DNA of 64,000 nucleotides from Mobula hypostoma (GCF_963921235.1 NC_086108.1:8742001-8806000), one strand, 5' to 3'; shown: positions 13,401 to 26,717, counted from the first letter of the stretch. Notes: generated by a model not told the origin, from the sequence alone. A program made the numbers and translations.

Positions 13401-14790
13401 GTCCACGCCTTCGCTAGGTAGATCTGGCTGTTTGCTGCTACCTTGTGTTGGGAACCATCTCTGTGTCCATGCCTTCACTAGGTAGGTCTGGCTGTTTGCT
13501 GCTATCTTGTGTTGGGAACTGTCTCTCTGTGTTCTGTGTCTGAGTCCCGGCCCTATGTCCTGTTCCCAAGGAGGGGTCCTGGCTCTGTGTTCTGCATTCC
13601 TGTCTCCCAAGACCAAGGCTCTGTGTTCTGTATTCCTGTCTCCCAAGACCAAGGATCTGTGTTCTGCGTTCCTGTCTCCCAAGACCAAGTCAAGGCTTCG
13701 GGGTCTCATCCTGTTCTTGTGCCTCTCCCAGCCCAGGAGCACCTCGTCCTGTCCAAGCCGCATCGAACAACCTCGTCCTGTCCAAGCCAAGGCTTTGTGT
13801 TCTCATCCTGTCCATGCGCCGTGTCCTGTCCTTGCCAAGATCCTAGTCCTGAGTCCTAGCCTAGACCTGAGTTCCAGTTCCAAGTCAAGACCCAGGTTCT
13901 GGGTCCTTGACCAGGCTCTGGTTCCGAAGATCTGTGTCACTAGTCCAGGCTCCTTGTTCCTAGTTCCTTGTCCGGGTTCCATGTTTCTTATCCATGTTCT
14001 AGCCCAGGCCCTGCATCCTAGTCTCGTCCAGGGTCTGTGTCAATGTCCAGCAGCCTTCCTTCCCCACTTCCCTTGCTTTCTTGACACTCCGAGTCCTGTT
14101 CCTGGTACTTCAGTGTCCGTGTCTTGCATTTGGGTCTGCCACCAGTGTCCCCGTTATGACGGTCTGGGTTGTATCCTTTTCTCCAACTGGCACTTGTGAA
14201 GGTAGGGGTGTCCTTTGACTCGTATAATAGCTCAAGACTGTTGGTTAGAGCCCATGATACAACTTCTTCTCCAATTACATTGTCATCTTCGTATCCCCAG
14301 TTGGTGCTATGGCTATTAAAGTCACCAATAATGAGGTACATTTTGTCCTGGAGATCTAGGTTAAGTGGCCACATGAATGGTTCATTAGGGGGTTTGTAGA
14401 CCGAGATGATATTTATGTGTTTCGTTTCAACTTTCAGAAGTTCCATTGATCCAGCTTGGATGTTTGCTGTGCTCATTACTATAGATTTATCTTTAACAAG
14501 GATTGCACTTCCATAAGCTTGGCTTGGGGTGTCAATAGCCAAGTGCATTCCTGGTACATAGGGTTGGCTGTTCAGCCTATGAGTTTCTTGTATGCACAAG
14601 ATGTCTGGTTTTAAGTTTTCCAGGATTTCTGGTTTAGCGTACTGTAGCTGAAGCCTTCGATATTAGGGTTAACGATTTTCATGATTTCCATTTGGCCAGG
14701 GGTTTATCCTTTTACCACCCACTGGATCACTTGGTCATTGGTAACTGTAGTCCAGTCACCTGAATATCCACCAACTTCATTCAAATTTAT
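10448..14790 (-). mobile_element. Ingi/Vingi-like (I-group) LINE, fragmented EN-RT ORF, interrupted by a solo LTR
   Basis: CIQETH, SVYKPP, GDFNSH, WRKGYNPD|LAFV; NGLPQGSVLAP, IYADD, YLGVTLDRTL; C-terminal CECG...H...C; (TGA)n tail after the stop. Clade is inferred from motifs. Confidence 0.75.
12911..14161. mobile_element. Solo LTR-like insertion (~1.25 kb) with internal tandem repeats
   Basis: Starts TGTCAT, ends ATGAC(G); flanked by GTCTA/GTCTG; splits the host motif GYNPD|LAFV; contains a (GCCATCT)n array ~13100-13222, ~62-bp repeats ~13316-13520 and 30-bp repeats ~13583-13690. Confidence 0.75.
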
Positions 14791-16022
14791 ACTTACAAAA
14801 TTATGAGCCATATAGATAAGATAAATGCAAGCAAGCTCCTTCCACTGAGGTTGGGTGGGACTAGAAACAGAGGTCGTGGATTAAGGGTGAAAGGGAAATC
14901 ATTTAACGGGAACCTGAGGGGGAACCTCTTCTCTCAAAGGGTGGTGAGAGTGTGGAATGAGTTGCCAGTGGAAGTGATGGATGAGGGTTCAATTGCAACA
15001 TTTAAGAGAAATTTGGACAGGTACATGGCTGTGAGGGGTTTGGAGAACTATGGTCTGGGTGCAGGTCGATGGGTCTTAATAGTTTGGCATGGACAAGACA
15101 GCCCAAATGGCCTGAGTCTGTGACGCAGTGCTCCATGACTCTATGGGGCTGAGGGAGGAGGGCCAACAGAATGTCTCTGATTCCAAAAATCAGGTCATTC
15201 TAAGGTTCGGTCAAGTTTATTGTCACATGCACAAGTAGACTTTCCCACTGCTGCCTGTAGGGAGTTTGTACATTCTCCCCGTTGGCCACAGGGTTTTCCT
15301 CCCAGTCCAAAGACTGACTGGTTGGTAGGTTAACCTTTTTTTTAACACCACTGGAGGACCGATGGACCACTCTCAGTCTGTCCTCTACTCTTCAACCTGT
15401 TTGGCATGGGTGACCCTACGAGAGCCAAAGCACACAATCCTGACTCCAGCCAACAGAGTTCTCCAGGTCGTTGAGGCACGCAAGCCTCCAAACCCTTCTC
15501 AGAATCGGAATCAGGTTTAATATCACCGGCACATGTCATGAAATTTGTTGCCTTTGCAGCAGCTGTACATCGCAATACCATAAGAACATCAGGTATTGGA
15601 GCAGAATATGGCCCATTGAGTTTGCTCCATCATTTCATCACAGTTGATCCGTTTTCCCTCTCAGTCACAATTTCCTGCCTTCTCTCTGTATCCCTTCATG
15701 CCCAGACTAATCAAGAATCTATCAACCTCTGCCTTAAATATACCCAGTGATTTGGCCTCCATGTGGCAATGAATTCCACAGATTCACCACTCACTAGTTA
15801 AAGAAATTCCTCCTCATCTCTGTTCTAAAAGGACACCCCCTTTATCCCAAGGATGTATCCGCTAGTTTTAGGCGCTCCCAAAATAGGCAACGTCCTCTCC
15901 ACATGCACTCAATCAAGGCCTTTCACTATTCAATAGATTTCAATGAGGTCACCCCTCATTCTTCTAAATTCCAGTAAGCACAGGCCTGGAGCCATCAAAT
16001 GCTCTTCATATGACAAGTCATT

Positions 16023-17997
16023 TAGCAATCATGTAGAAATGAAATTTAACTCACTAAAGGATGCGTTGGTAGAATCAGCAAAGTCAGTGATTCCTAAAAA
16101 AGAAAAAAGCACAAAGAATAAATGGATGACAGATGAAATCAAAAATCTAATGGAAGAAGGAGATGAAAGAAAGCAAATCCTATAGAATATAAATCCTTAG
16201 ATTAAAAAAGTTAAAAGCTTATGTCAAAAAGCCAAAGAAGAGTGGTTAAACCAAGAATGTGAGCAAATAAAAAGAATCCCTATTACTGATCCAAAAACAT
16301 TATATCAACAAATCAAGAATATCACTGGTAAAAAGCTCCTCTGTTCTTCAAGTGGATGTTTGAAAACAAAGGACAGTACCATTATCATGGAAAATGATGA
16401 GATTATGAACAGATGGACTGAGTATATTCAGGAATTGTTTGAAGACAATTGAGGCAAAAAACCAGAAATTAAGAAAAACATTGAAGGTCCAAGTATTTTA
16501 AAATCTGAAGTTCGTAATGCAATAAATAAGGTGAAGAAAGGAAAGGCAGCAAGTTCTGGTGAATTAGTAATAGAACAAATCAAATTATTGCCCTTGAAGA
16601 TTACAGAATTGAAAAACTTACTGATTTAATCAATGACATTTATGAGACTGGAATAATACCAGAAGAGATGAAAAAAATCAGTATTTACTGTATCACTCTT
16701 CCTAAGAAAGCTGGATCAATAGAATGTGAATTACATAGGACCATAAATTTAATGAGTCATATCACCAAGATACTTCTAAGAATTTTGATGACAAGAGCTA
16801 AAAGTAAGATACAAGCTGAAATAGGTAAAGAACAATGTGGTTTTGTGAAAGATAAAGGTACAAGAAACACAATATTGATGTTAAGGATACTATCAGAACG
16901 AGCTAGTCAAGTGCAAAAAGATTTGTTTGTTTGTTTTATTGACTACACAAAAGCATTTGATAAAGTGAAGCACAATAAGTTATTTGAAATATTACAGAGA
17001 ACTCTAGATCTAGATTCGAAAGACCTCCGCCTAATCAGAAATCTGTACTGGGAACAAACTGCCACTGTAAGAATAGATGGAGAAGTGAGTCAGTTTATGA
17101 AAATCAAGAGAGGCGTTAGACAAGGGTGTGTTTTCTCCCCGATTTATTTAATGAGTACAGTGAAACAATATTACAAAAAATAAGAGACATCTTGGGAATC
17201 AAATTTGGTGGTGAAAACATCAATAATTTCAAATATGCAGATGACACTGTGTTAATTGCAAGTACGGAAAAAGAACTACAAAACTTAATTGATATAATTG
17301 TTGAAGAAAGTGCAAAAATGGGTCTATCTATCAAATGCAAAAAGACAGAATGTATGGTGATATCCAAAAAGAAGGAGAATCCTATCTGCAGGCTGAGAAT
17401 AAATGGAGAAGACATAAAACAAGTAAAGAACTTTTGCTACTTAGGAAGCTGGGTGACATCAGATGGCAGGTGCGACTTGGACATCAAAAGAAGAATAGGG
17501 ATGGCAAAAGACACCTTTACAAGAATGAAGAGTATACTGACCAACACTAAACTAGGCATGACAACCCGCCTCAGAGTACGTTTATCCAGTTATGTTATAT
17601 AGCTCAGAATATTGGACAATATCTAGTAACATGAGGAAACGAATTGTAGCAGCAGAGATGTGGTTTTTGAGGAGGGTGCAAAGAATATCATGGACGAAGC
17701 GAATATCTAACGAGGATGTCATGAACAGAGCAAACACAAAAAAAGAGAAATAATGTATGAGATCATGAAAAGGCAAGGTAAATTCACTGGACATGTGGTT
17801 AGGAAAGAGGGGTTAGAATGCACAGTAATTATGGGTAAGATTGAGGGGAAGAAAGCAAGAGGAAGACAAATGATGATGGAGACAGCAGCCAGAGAATTGG
17901 AAATGAATACCAATGAATTGATCCACTTGTCCCGAAACAGGAGTGTGTAGGCCAAGGCAGTCAAAGCTCAAACTGAGCATGGCACCTGAAGATGATG
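16023..17997 (+). mobile_element. 5'-truncated RTE-clade LINE
   Basis: HRTINLMSH, QCGF, FIDYTKAFDKV, GVRQGC, YADD; (GAT)n tail; 13-bp TSD ATGACAAGTCATT (16010-16022 and 17998-18010). Confidence 0.92.
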
Positions 17998-20074
17998 ATG
18001 ACAAGTCATTCAACCCTGGAATCATTTTTGTGAACCTCCTTTGAACCTTCTGCAGATTCAGCACATCCTTTCTAAGAGAAGGGGCTTGAAACTACTCACA
18101 ATACTTCAAGTGAGGCCTCACCCAATGCTTTATAAAGTCTCAACATTACAGCCTTGTTTTTATGATCTAGTCCTCTTGAAATGAATGCTAACATTGCATT
18201 TGCCGTCCTCACCACAGACTCAACCTACAAATTAACCTTTAGGGAATCTTGCACAAGGACTTCCAAGTCCCTTTGCACCTCAGTTTTTAGTACTTTCTCT
18301 CCATTTAGAAAATAGTCAGTCTTTTCATTTCTTCTACCAAAGTGCATCATCACAAAATTCCCAAAACTGTATTCCATCTGCCATTTCTTTGCCCTTTCTC
18401 CTAATCTGTCTACGTTCTTCTGTAGCCACTCTACTTCCTCAAAACTACCTGCCCTTCCACCTATCTTTGTATCATCTGCAAACTTAGCAACAAAGCCATC
18501 AATTCCATCTTCCAAATCATTGACATATAATGTAAAAAGAATTTGTCCCAACACAGACTCCTGTGGAACACCACTAGTCACTGCAGCCAACCCAGAAAAG
18601 GCTCCTTTCATTCCCACCCTTTGCCTCCTGCCAATCAGCCACTGCTTTATCCATGCTAGAATCTTTCCTGTAATACCATGGGCTTGTAGCTAGTTAAGCA
18701 GCCTCATGTGTGGCACCTTATCGAAGGCCTTCTGAAAATCCAAGTACACAAAATGAACCTTTGTCTATCCTGCTTCTTATTTCTTCAGAATTCCAACAGA
18801 TTTGCCAGGCAAGATTTTCCCTTGAGGAAATCACGATGACTATTGCTTATTTTATAATGTGCCTTCAAGTATCCTGACACCTCATCCTTAATAATCGACT
18901 TCAACATCTTCCCAACCCCTGAGGTTAGACTAAATGGCTTATAGCTTCCTTTCTTCTGCGTCTTTCCCTTCTTGAAGAGTGCAGTGACACTTGCAATTTT
19001 CCAGTCTTCTGGAACCATTCCAGAATCAAGTGATTCCTGAAAGATCAGTACTAATGCCTCCACAATCTCTTCAACCACCTCTTTCACAACCCTGGGGTGT
19101 ACACCTTCTGGTCCAGGTGACTTATCTACTTTAAGATCTTTCAGTTTCCCAAGAACCTTCTGTCTAGTTATGGTAAATTCACACACTTCATGCCCCTGAC
19201 ACATGGAACTTCCACCATACAGCTAGTGTCTTCCACAGTGAAGACTGATGCAAAATACTTATTCAGTGTATCTGCCATTTCCTTGTCCCCCATTACTACC
19301 TCTCCAGCATCATCTTTCAATGATCTGATATCCACTTTCACCTCTCTTTTACACTGTATGTATCTGCAAAAACTTTTAGTATCCTCTTTAATATTATTGT
19401 TTAGCTTACTTTCATTTTCCATCTTTACCTTCTTAATGGCTTATTAATTGCCTTTGGTTGGTTTTTATAAGCTTCCCAATCCTCTGACTTCCCATCAATT
19501 TTTGCTCTATAATATGCCCTCTCTTTGGTGTTTGTGTTGGCTTTGACTTCTCTTGTTAACCATAGTTGTGTCATCTTTCCTTTAGAATACTTCTTCCTCT
19601 TTCGGATGTATATATCTTGTGCCTTTTGAATTGCTTCCAGAAATTCCAACTATTGCTGCTCTGTCGTCATCACCGCCAGTGTTCTTTTCCAATCACTTCT
19701 GGCCAACTCCTCTCTCATGCCTCTGTAATTCCCTTTACTCCACTGTAATACTGATGCATCTGGCTTTAGCTTTGCCTTCTCCAATTTCAAGATGAATTCG
19801 ATCATGTTATGATCACTTTCTCGTAAGGGTTCCTTTACCTGAAGCTCTCTAATCAATTCTGGTTCATTGCACAACACCCAACCCAGAACAGCTGATCTTA
19901 TGTGTATTAATACCTCTTGTAAATTTATATTGCAACAGTGTATTAGTGTTTACATGGTTTACCTTTTGTGTACTAATTCAATAAAAAGATTTAAAAAGAA
20001 AGAATAGCTGATCTTCTAACAAACAAGAGAAAATCTGCAGATGCTGGAAATCTGAGCAACATACACAAAATATA

Positions 20075-23000
20075 AGAAGGGTGGGAGGCAGCCGAAAGGA
20101 AACTATAGACCTGTTCGCCTGACATCAGTGGTTGGGAAGTTGTTGGAATCGATTGTTAGGGATGAGATTACGGAATACCTGGAGGCACATGACAAGATAG
20201 GCTAAAGCCATCATAGTTTCCTGAAAGGAAAATCCTGCCTGACTAACCTTCTGCAATTTTTTTGAGGAAATTACAAGCAGGGTAGACAAAGGAGATGCAG
20301 TAGATGTGCTGTACTTGAATTTTCCGAAGGCCTTTGACAAGGTGCCACACATGAGGCTGCTTAACAAGATTAGAGCCCATGGAATTACAGGGGAGTTACT
20401 AGCATGGGTGGAGCATTAGCTGATCGGCAGAACACAGAGAGTGGGAATAAAGGGATCCTATTCTGGCTGGCTGCCGGTTACCAGTTGAGTTCCACAGGTG
20501 TTGGTGTTGGGACCACTGCTTTTTACAATGTATGGCAATGATTGGACTATGGGATTAATGATTTGTGGCTAAATTTGCTGATGATACAAAGATAGGTGGA
20601 TGAGCGGGTAGTGTTGAGGAAACAGAGAGCCTGCAGAGTGACTTAGATAGTTTAGGGTAGTGGTCACCAACCTTTTTAAGCCCAGGATCCCCTACCTCAA
20701 CCTTAGTGAAAGGCAAGATCTACCTACTAAATCGTTTAGAGAAAAAACAGCTCAGATTGTACTTCCAATTTGAGGCCTTTTATTTGGGCTAATTATATTT
20801 GAATTACACAAAATACTTATGTCAAACTTTCAAATTAATTCAAACAAGAAAACACTGTAACTAGCATATCAAACAGGCCATAGCTGTCTACTTCACACCT
20901 TTAATTCTAAGTTTCATTATTTCATTTTATTTCAACATGAAAAATAAATGAAAAAAAATTGACTGTTGCACTCAGTATGATGCCTGAGGCTGAATACTTT
21001 CTGCTAGTTCCCTGAAATTTGGCTCATAACTACAGACAGCCAGTTTAAGACAGTCTGTGAGGTGTCTGTCAGTAAGGCAGCTCCTGTACTTAGATTTAAT
21101 AATTTTTATCCGTGAAAATGCAATTTCGCATAGAGAAGTTGACCCGAAGTAGGCTCTGACTTTTAGTGCTACAAAACCAATGCGCACACCACACATTGCT
21201 AGGGCCCCATCAGTAGTAATTGCCACCAGTTTATGAATGGGGATGTCATTTTCATGGAAATTTTTTAAAACTCATTTTAAATATCCTCACCTCGCGTTCT
21301 CTCCTTTAATTGCAAAAGAGTGAGGAAGTCCTCCTTTGTTGTAAGATCCTGGAAAGCCATTCTGACAAAATACAACAAGCTGAGCTGTTTGCGTTACATC
21401 CAGGGATTCATCGAATTGTAGTGAAAAATATGCACGTCCTCTGACAGTGACTCTACCCTCCTTGTTACTGTTGCAGGGCCAAGCGGAATATTATGTATTG
21501 CGGTTGTGATGTCGTTTTTGTTTTTAAAGTCATTAAAAACAGTCTCTGTGGTAATGGCCATTGCTTCCTTGAATAAATCGCCAGCTGTAAAAGGCTTCTT
21601 GTGTTTAGCCAAAAGGTGACTTACACTAAATGACGCTTCGATAGCAGCCTTATTTTGAGCAGCATGTTTTGTGAAAAACAATTACTGGGCCTTCAACTCC
21701 GATTTCAGCTCCTCAACTTTCCTGGCATGAATTGCACTCTTTGGGAGGGGTAGGTGTCTTTAAATTTCTGGTGGTTGGTGTTGTGGTGCTGCTCCAGATT
21801 CCCTCTTTTAGTCAGTGCTTGTGTTTGGTGGCACAACATACATACACACTTGTCTTTCACCAAGGTAAATAGAAATTCCTCTTCCCATTCTGGATGGAAT
21901 TTGTACGTTTTCGCCTTCTTTCGTGGCGCCTCTGCCATGCTATTAGGATATCATGAGCGATTGCTAATTACATCGCCTCTGACCTGGGCTGACATTTACG
22001 TGCCGGGCAGCACCTAATTAATTAGCTGGTTTAATTCAGCTTTTTTCTTAAAGGTGTGCTGGGTGCGTTCCGACTACCACTGCACCGCTGCGTTCTTCAT
22101 GGTAATGTATCGGTCCGCAGCCCGGAGGTTGGAGACCACTGCCGTATATTGATGTTTGCGACAGTCTGTACTCTTATCTAACCTAATTGGTCATTTTGAT
22201 GCAGCACACGCTACGCTGAAAACGAAGTTCATGACGGGGGGCTACACACATGCACACTGGGCAGAAAGAACGGAACCAAAACCCCGCAACCCAGAAACAA
22301 TCTCTCCTTACAAACAGCTTTCAGTAGCGAAAGTACTGCTATATTACTATCATCCGAATCAGTATTACTTAATTTTATAATACTTGCATTACAACAGTAT
22401 TTGTGTATTTATTTTTGATATTTTTCGGGATCCACTGGGAAAGTCTCAAAGATCGACTGGTCGATCGTGATTGACGGGTTGGCGACCACTAGTTTAGGGG
22501 AATGGGCTAAGAAGTGACAAATGAAATACAATGTTGGAAACTGTATGGTCATGCACTTCGGTGGAAGAAATAAATGGGCAGACTATTATTTAGATGGGGA
22601 GAGAATTCAAAATGCAGAGTTGCAAAGGGACTTGGAGGTCCTTGTGCAGGATACCCTAAAAGTTAACCTCCAGGTTGGGTCAGTGGTGAAGAAGGCGAAT
22701 GCAATGTTGGCATTCATTTCTAAAGGTATAGAATATAAGGGCAGGGATGTGATGTTGAGGCTCTATAAGGCACTAGTGAAACCACACTTGGAGTATTGTG
22801 TGCAGTTTTGGGTTCCTTATTTTAGAAAGGATATACTGACATTGGAGAGGGTTCAGAGAAGACTTATGAGAATGATTCCAGGAATGAAAGGGTTACCATA
22901 TGGGGAACGTCTGGCAGCTCTTGGGCTGTAGTCCCTGGAGTTCAGGAGAATGAGGGGGGATCTCAGAAACATTCAGAATGTTAAAAGACCTGAACAGATT

Positions 23001-23347
23001 AGATATGGCAAAGTTACTTCCCATGGTAGGGGAGTCTAGGACAAGAGGACATGACTTCAGGATTGAAGAACGTCCATTTAGAACAGAGATGCAGAGAAAT
23101 TACTTTAGTCAGAGGGTGGTAAATCTGTGGAATTTGTTGCCACAAGAGGCTGTGGAGGCCAAGTCTTTGGGTGCATTTAAGGCAGAGTTAGATATGTTCT
23201 TGATTAGCCAGGGCATTAAAGAGTATGGGGTGAAAGCAGGAGAGTGAGGATGACTGGAAGAATTGGATCAGCCCGTGATTAAATGGCAGAGCAGACTCAA
23301 TGAGCCAAATGGCCTACTTCTGCTCCTATATCTTATGGTCTTATGAT
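20075..23347 (+). mobile_element. 5'-truncated CR1 (RT + 3' end), interrupted by hAT
   Basis: RT remnants, KPHLEYCVQFW, FSQRVVNLWN; TATGGTCT tail. Confidence 0.88.
20658..22491 (-). mobile_element. hAT DNA transposon (Charlie/SPIN-like), internally deleted
   Basis: 15-bp TIRs TAGTGGTC(A/G)CCAACC; 8-bp TSD GTTTAGGG (20650-20657, 22492-22499); transposase fragments FHPEWEEEF...CMLC, ITTDGA, FGSTSLCEIAFS...KSKYRS. Confidence 0.93.
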
Positions 23348-26300
23348 CTAAAATGCTGGAGGAACTCAGCAGGCCAGCCAGCATCTACAGAAAAGAGTAT
23401 AGTTGATGTTTCAGGCGAAAACATCAACTGTACTTTTTTCCCACAGATGCTGCCTGGCCTGCTGAGTTCCTCCAGCATTTTGTGTGTGTAGCTAATCCTC
23501 TCGTGGGCTCAACCATGAGCTGTTCTAAAAATCCATCTTGTAGGAACTCTAGAAAATCCCCTTCCTATAATCCAGCACCAACTATTGTAACATTGCCCTT
23601 TTAGCATGTTTTTTCTATCTTCCGTTGTAACCTGTAGGCCACATCCTTAATACTGTTTGGGGGTCTTTATACAATTCCCATGCCGTTCCTTAGCCCTATC
23701 TACAATGATTCAACATGCAATGATTTAGCCAGAGAGTAGTGAACCTGTGGAATGCTCTGCCACAGATTGCGGTGGAGGCCAAGTCTGTGGGTATATTTAA
23801 AGTGTAAGTTGATAGTTTCCTGATTGGTCAGGACTTCAAAGAATATGGGGAGAAGGCAATGTAGTGGCTTAAGTGAGATCTGGGATGGTGGAGCAGACTC
23901 AATGGGCTGAATGGCCTAATTCTGCTTCTTGGTCTTATGGTCTTATGGTCTAACACCTTCCGACCCTATGTCACCTCTTTCTAATGATTTAATTTCATTT
24001 TTTGCCAACAGAGCAATGCCACCCCCTCTGCCTATCCTTTCGATACAATGTGTATCCCTGGACGTTAAGCTCCCGGCTATTATCTTTCAGCCATGATTCA
24101 GTGATGCCTACAGCATCGTACCTGCCAATCTGCAACTGTGCTGCAAGTTCATCGACCTTATTCCGTATACTGCACGCATTCAAATGCAACACCTTCAGTC
24201 CTGTATTCACCCTTTTCTATGTGGTTGCGCCATGCTCAACCTTTTTCCTAGCTTTGTCTGAGGTCTTACCAACATCTGTCTCCACAACCTCTCCACTAAC
24301 TGTACTGGCACTCTGGTTCCCACCCTCCCCACCCCTGAAACTCCAATTTAAACCCCACTGTGCAGCATTAACAAACCTCCCCGCTAGGATGTTAGTCCCC
24401 CTCCAGTTCAGGTGCAAACCATCCCTTCTATACAGGTTCCACCTTCCCTGGAAGAGAACCCAATGATCCATAAATCTTCCTCCTATAGCACATGGCACAA
24501 GTTGCAATCCTGAGATTACAACCTGGGAGGTCCTGCCCTTTAATTTAGCACTTAACGCCCAATGCAGAACCTCACCAGTTGTCCTACCCATGTCATTGGT
24601 ACTTTCATGGACTACGACTTCTGGCTGTTCACCCTCCCACTTAAGAATGCTGAGGACTTGATCCGAAATATCCCAGACCCTGGCCCCCAGGAGGCAACAT
24701 GCCATCTGGGAATCTTGTTCTCTCCCACAGAACCTCCTGTCGGTTCCCCTAACCAATAAATCTTCTTTCCCCTTCCCTTCTGAGTCACAGAGGCAGACTC
24801 AGTGCCAGAGATCCAACCACTGTGACTTTCCTCCGTTAGATCATCCACCCCACCCCCCACCCAAAGTGATATACCTGTTGTCCTGTTGTTGAGGGGATGG
24901 CCACAGGGGTACTCTACACTGGCTCCTTAACCCCTTTCCCCTTCCTGACTGTCACCCAGTTTCCTGTGTCCCGCACCTTGGGTGTTACCACCTCTCTATA
25001 TGTCCTATCTATCACCTTTCAGCATCCCGCATGATCCGGAGCTCATCCAGTTTCAGCTGCAGCTCCTGGATGCAGTTTGTTAGAAGCTCACAGTTGTGGT
25101 CAGAGATACTGGAGGTTTCCCTGCATATCCTGCAAGAAGAGCATTGCACTACCCTGCCTGATGTCTCTCCTGTCCTAGCAGAGCGGATATAATGAAGAGA
25201 AGGAAAAAAAACCTTTACCTTTTCTTTCCTTTGCCTTCTCTGAGTGAAGCCACTCTTCACCAAAGCCTCGAAGAACTAAAGCCTTCAGATCACCACTCCA
25301 TGTCTGCTGCAACAATAATAATAGAGAAAAAATGTGAATTACAATAAGTGTATATATATATATATATATAATTAAATAGTTAAATTAAAAAACTAGTAGT
25401 GCAAGAAAAGAAATAAAAAAAGTCATGAGGTCGTGTTCCCAGGTTCAATGTCCATTCAGAAACCTGACAGAGGGGAAGAAGCTGTTCCTGAATCATTGAG
25501 TGTGTGTCTTCAAGCTCCTGTACCTCCTCCCTGATGGTAGCTATGAGATCAAAGCATGTCCTGGGTGATGGGAGTCCTTTATGATAGATGCCGCCTTTTT
25601 GAGGCATCGCTCCTTGAAGCTATTTTGGTCACTACGGAAGCTAAGGTAGGTTAATTGGTCATTGTAAATTGTCCTGTGATTAGGCTTGGGTTAAATTGGG
25701 GATTGTTAGGCGGTGCGGCTCGAAGAGGCAATTAGGCCTATTTCACACTTATCTGTATTTATTTAATTTATTAAGATACAATAAAAAACACACCAGCATC
25801 ACAGACAACAGAAAGTATGTAAATTATATGTTAATTATACCACACAGAGATATAAAAGACTGTGCAAACCCTTAGTGCTAAAAAACTACAAAGACACAAT
25901 CAAAGATCAGTCCATAGTTGTGCAGGAGGTTATTGGTAGTGTTCATTGCTGAGGACATGATTCGGGACATGTCGGTCGGTTCACAACACTAATGGTTGAA
26001 GGGAAGTAGCTGTTCCTGGACTTGGTGGTGTGGAGGTTCAGGCTTCTGTACCTCCTGCCCGATGGGAGCTGTGAGAAGGCAACATGGCCTGGATGGGGCG
26101 TTCCCGGATAATGGATGTTGCCTTCTGGAGACATTCCCTGCTGTAGGCGTCCTCGATGGAGAAGAGAACCGTCCTCGTGGCCTCTTGCGCACACTATAGT
26201 TCACATCCCAGGCTGTGATGTATCCAGTCAGATTCAACATTCAATGATTTAGCCAGAGAGAGTAGTGAACCTGTGCAATGATTCAGTGATGGCTACAACA

Positions 26301-26360
26301 TCATACCTGCCAATCTGCAACTGTGCAGCAAGTTCATCTACCTTATTCCGTATACAGCCC

Positions 26361-26717
26361 GGGGTGGAGATACGTCTCTACCAAAGGAGGTGCAAGGCGC
26401 TCCTTCCCTCCGCTAGTCTGCGGGTCACCCTTGGGCGAGATGTAGCACCTGCTTAGACCCACCTCCCCGCTCTCCTCAATTGGGATAGTGGGAGCAGCTG
26501 GGTGTTCTTATGAGCAGCCGGTGCAGATCACAAGTCCTGGTTGTGCAACCATTGGACGCCAGGCAGACAATCCCTGAAGAGTATTGATAATGGCTGGGGT
26601 CACCCATCTTGTAAAGACACTGCCCAGGAGACTGCAATGGCAAACCATTTCTGTACAAAAACTTGTCAAGAGACCACGATCACCCATGTCATACGACACA
26701 GCACGTAATGACGATGA
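26361..26717 (+). mobile_element. SINE-like retroposon (family B) with RTE-type GAT tail; other copies ~9324-9745, ~45940-46300, fragment ~8317-8355
   Basis: Shared core CCTTCCCTCCGCTAG...GGTCACCCTTGGGC...GCACCTGCTTAG; tail GCAC..AATGA(C/T)GATGA resembles the RTE end near 17980-18000. Confidence 0.75.

Larger units (their letters stand above)
20019..23488. mobile_element. Penelope-like hairpin terminus split by a CR1 insertion
   Basis: 5' part AAATCTGCAGATGCTGG...CACAAAAT (20019-20071) resumes at ~23350 with an inverted-arm palindrome 23350-23488; imperfect flanking repeat TAGCTGATCTTCT / TAGCTAATCCTCT. Confidence 0.7.
15578..25290 (-). mobile_element. Near-full-length degenerate CR1, expanded by nested insertions
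   Basis: ORF1 zinc-finger (CSSC) and esterase remnants 24217-25263, endonuclease ~23500-24210, RT 18000-19890, 3' end ~15580. Confidence 0.85.

Noticed and set aside
13507..14199. 230-aa ORF in the solo LTR
   Set aside because: Translation of internal tandem repeats; no gag, pol or env motifs.
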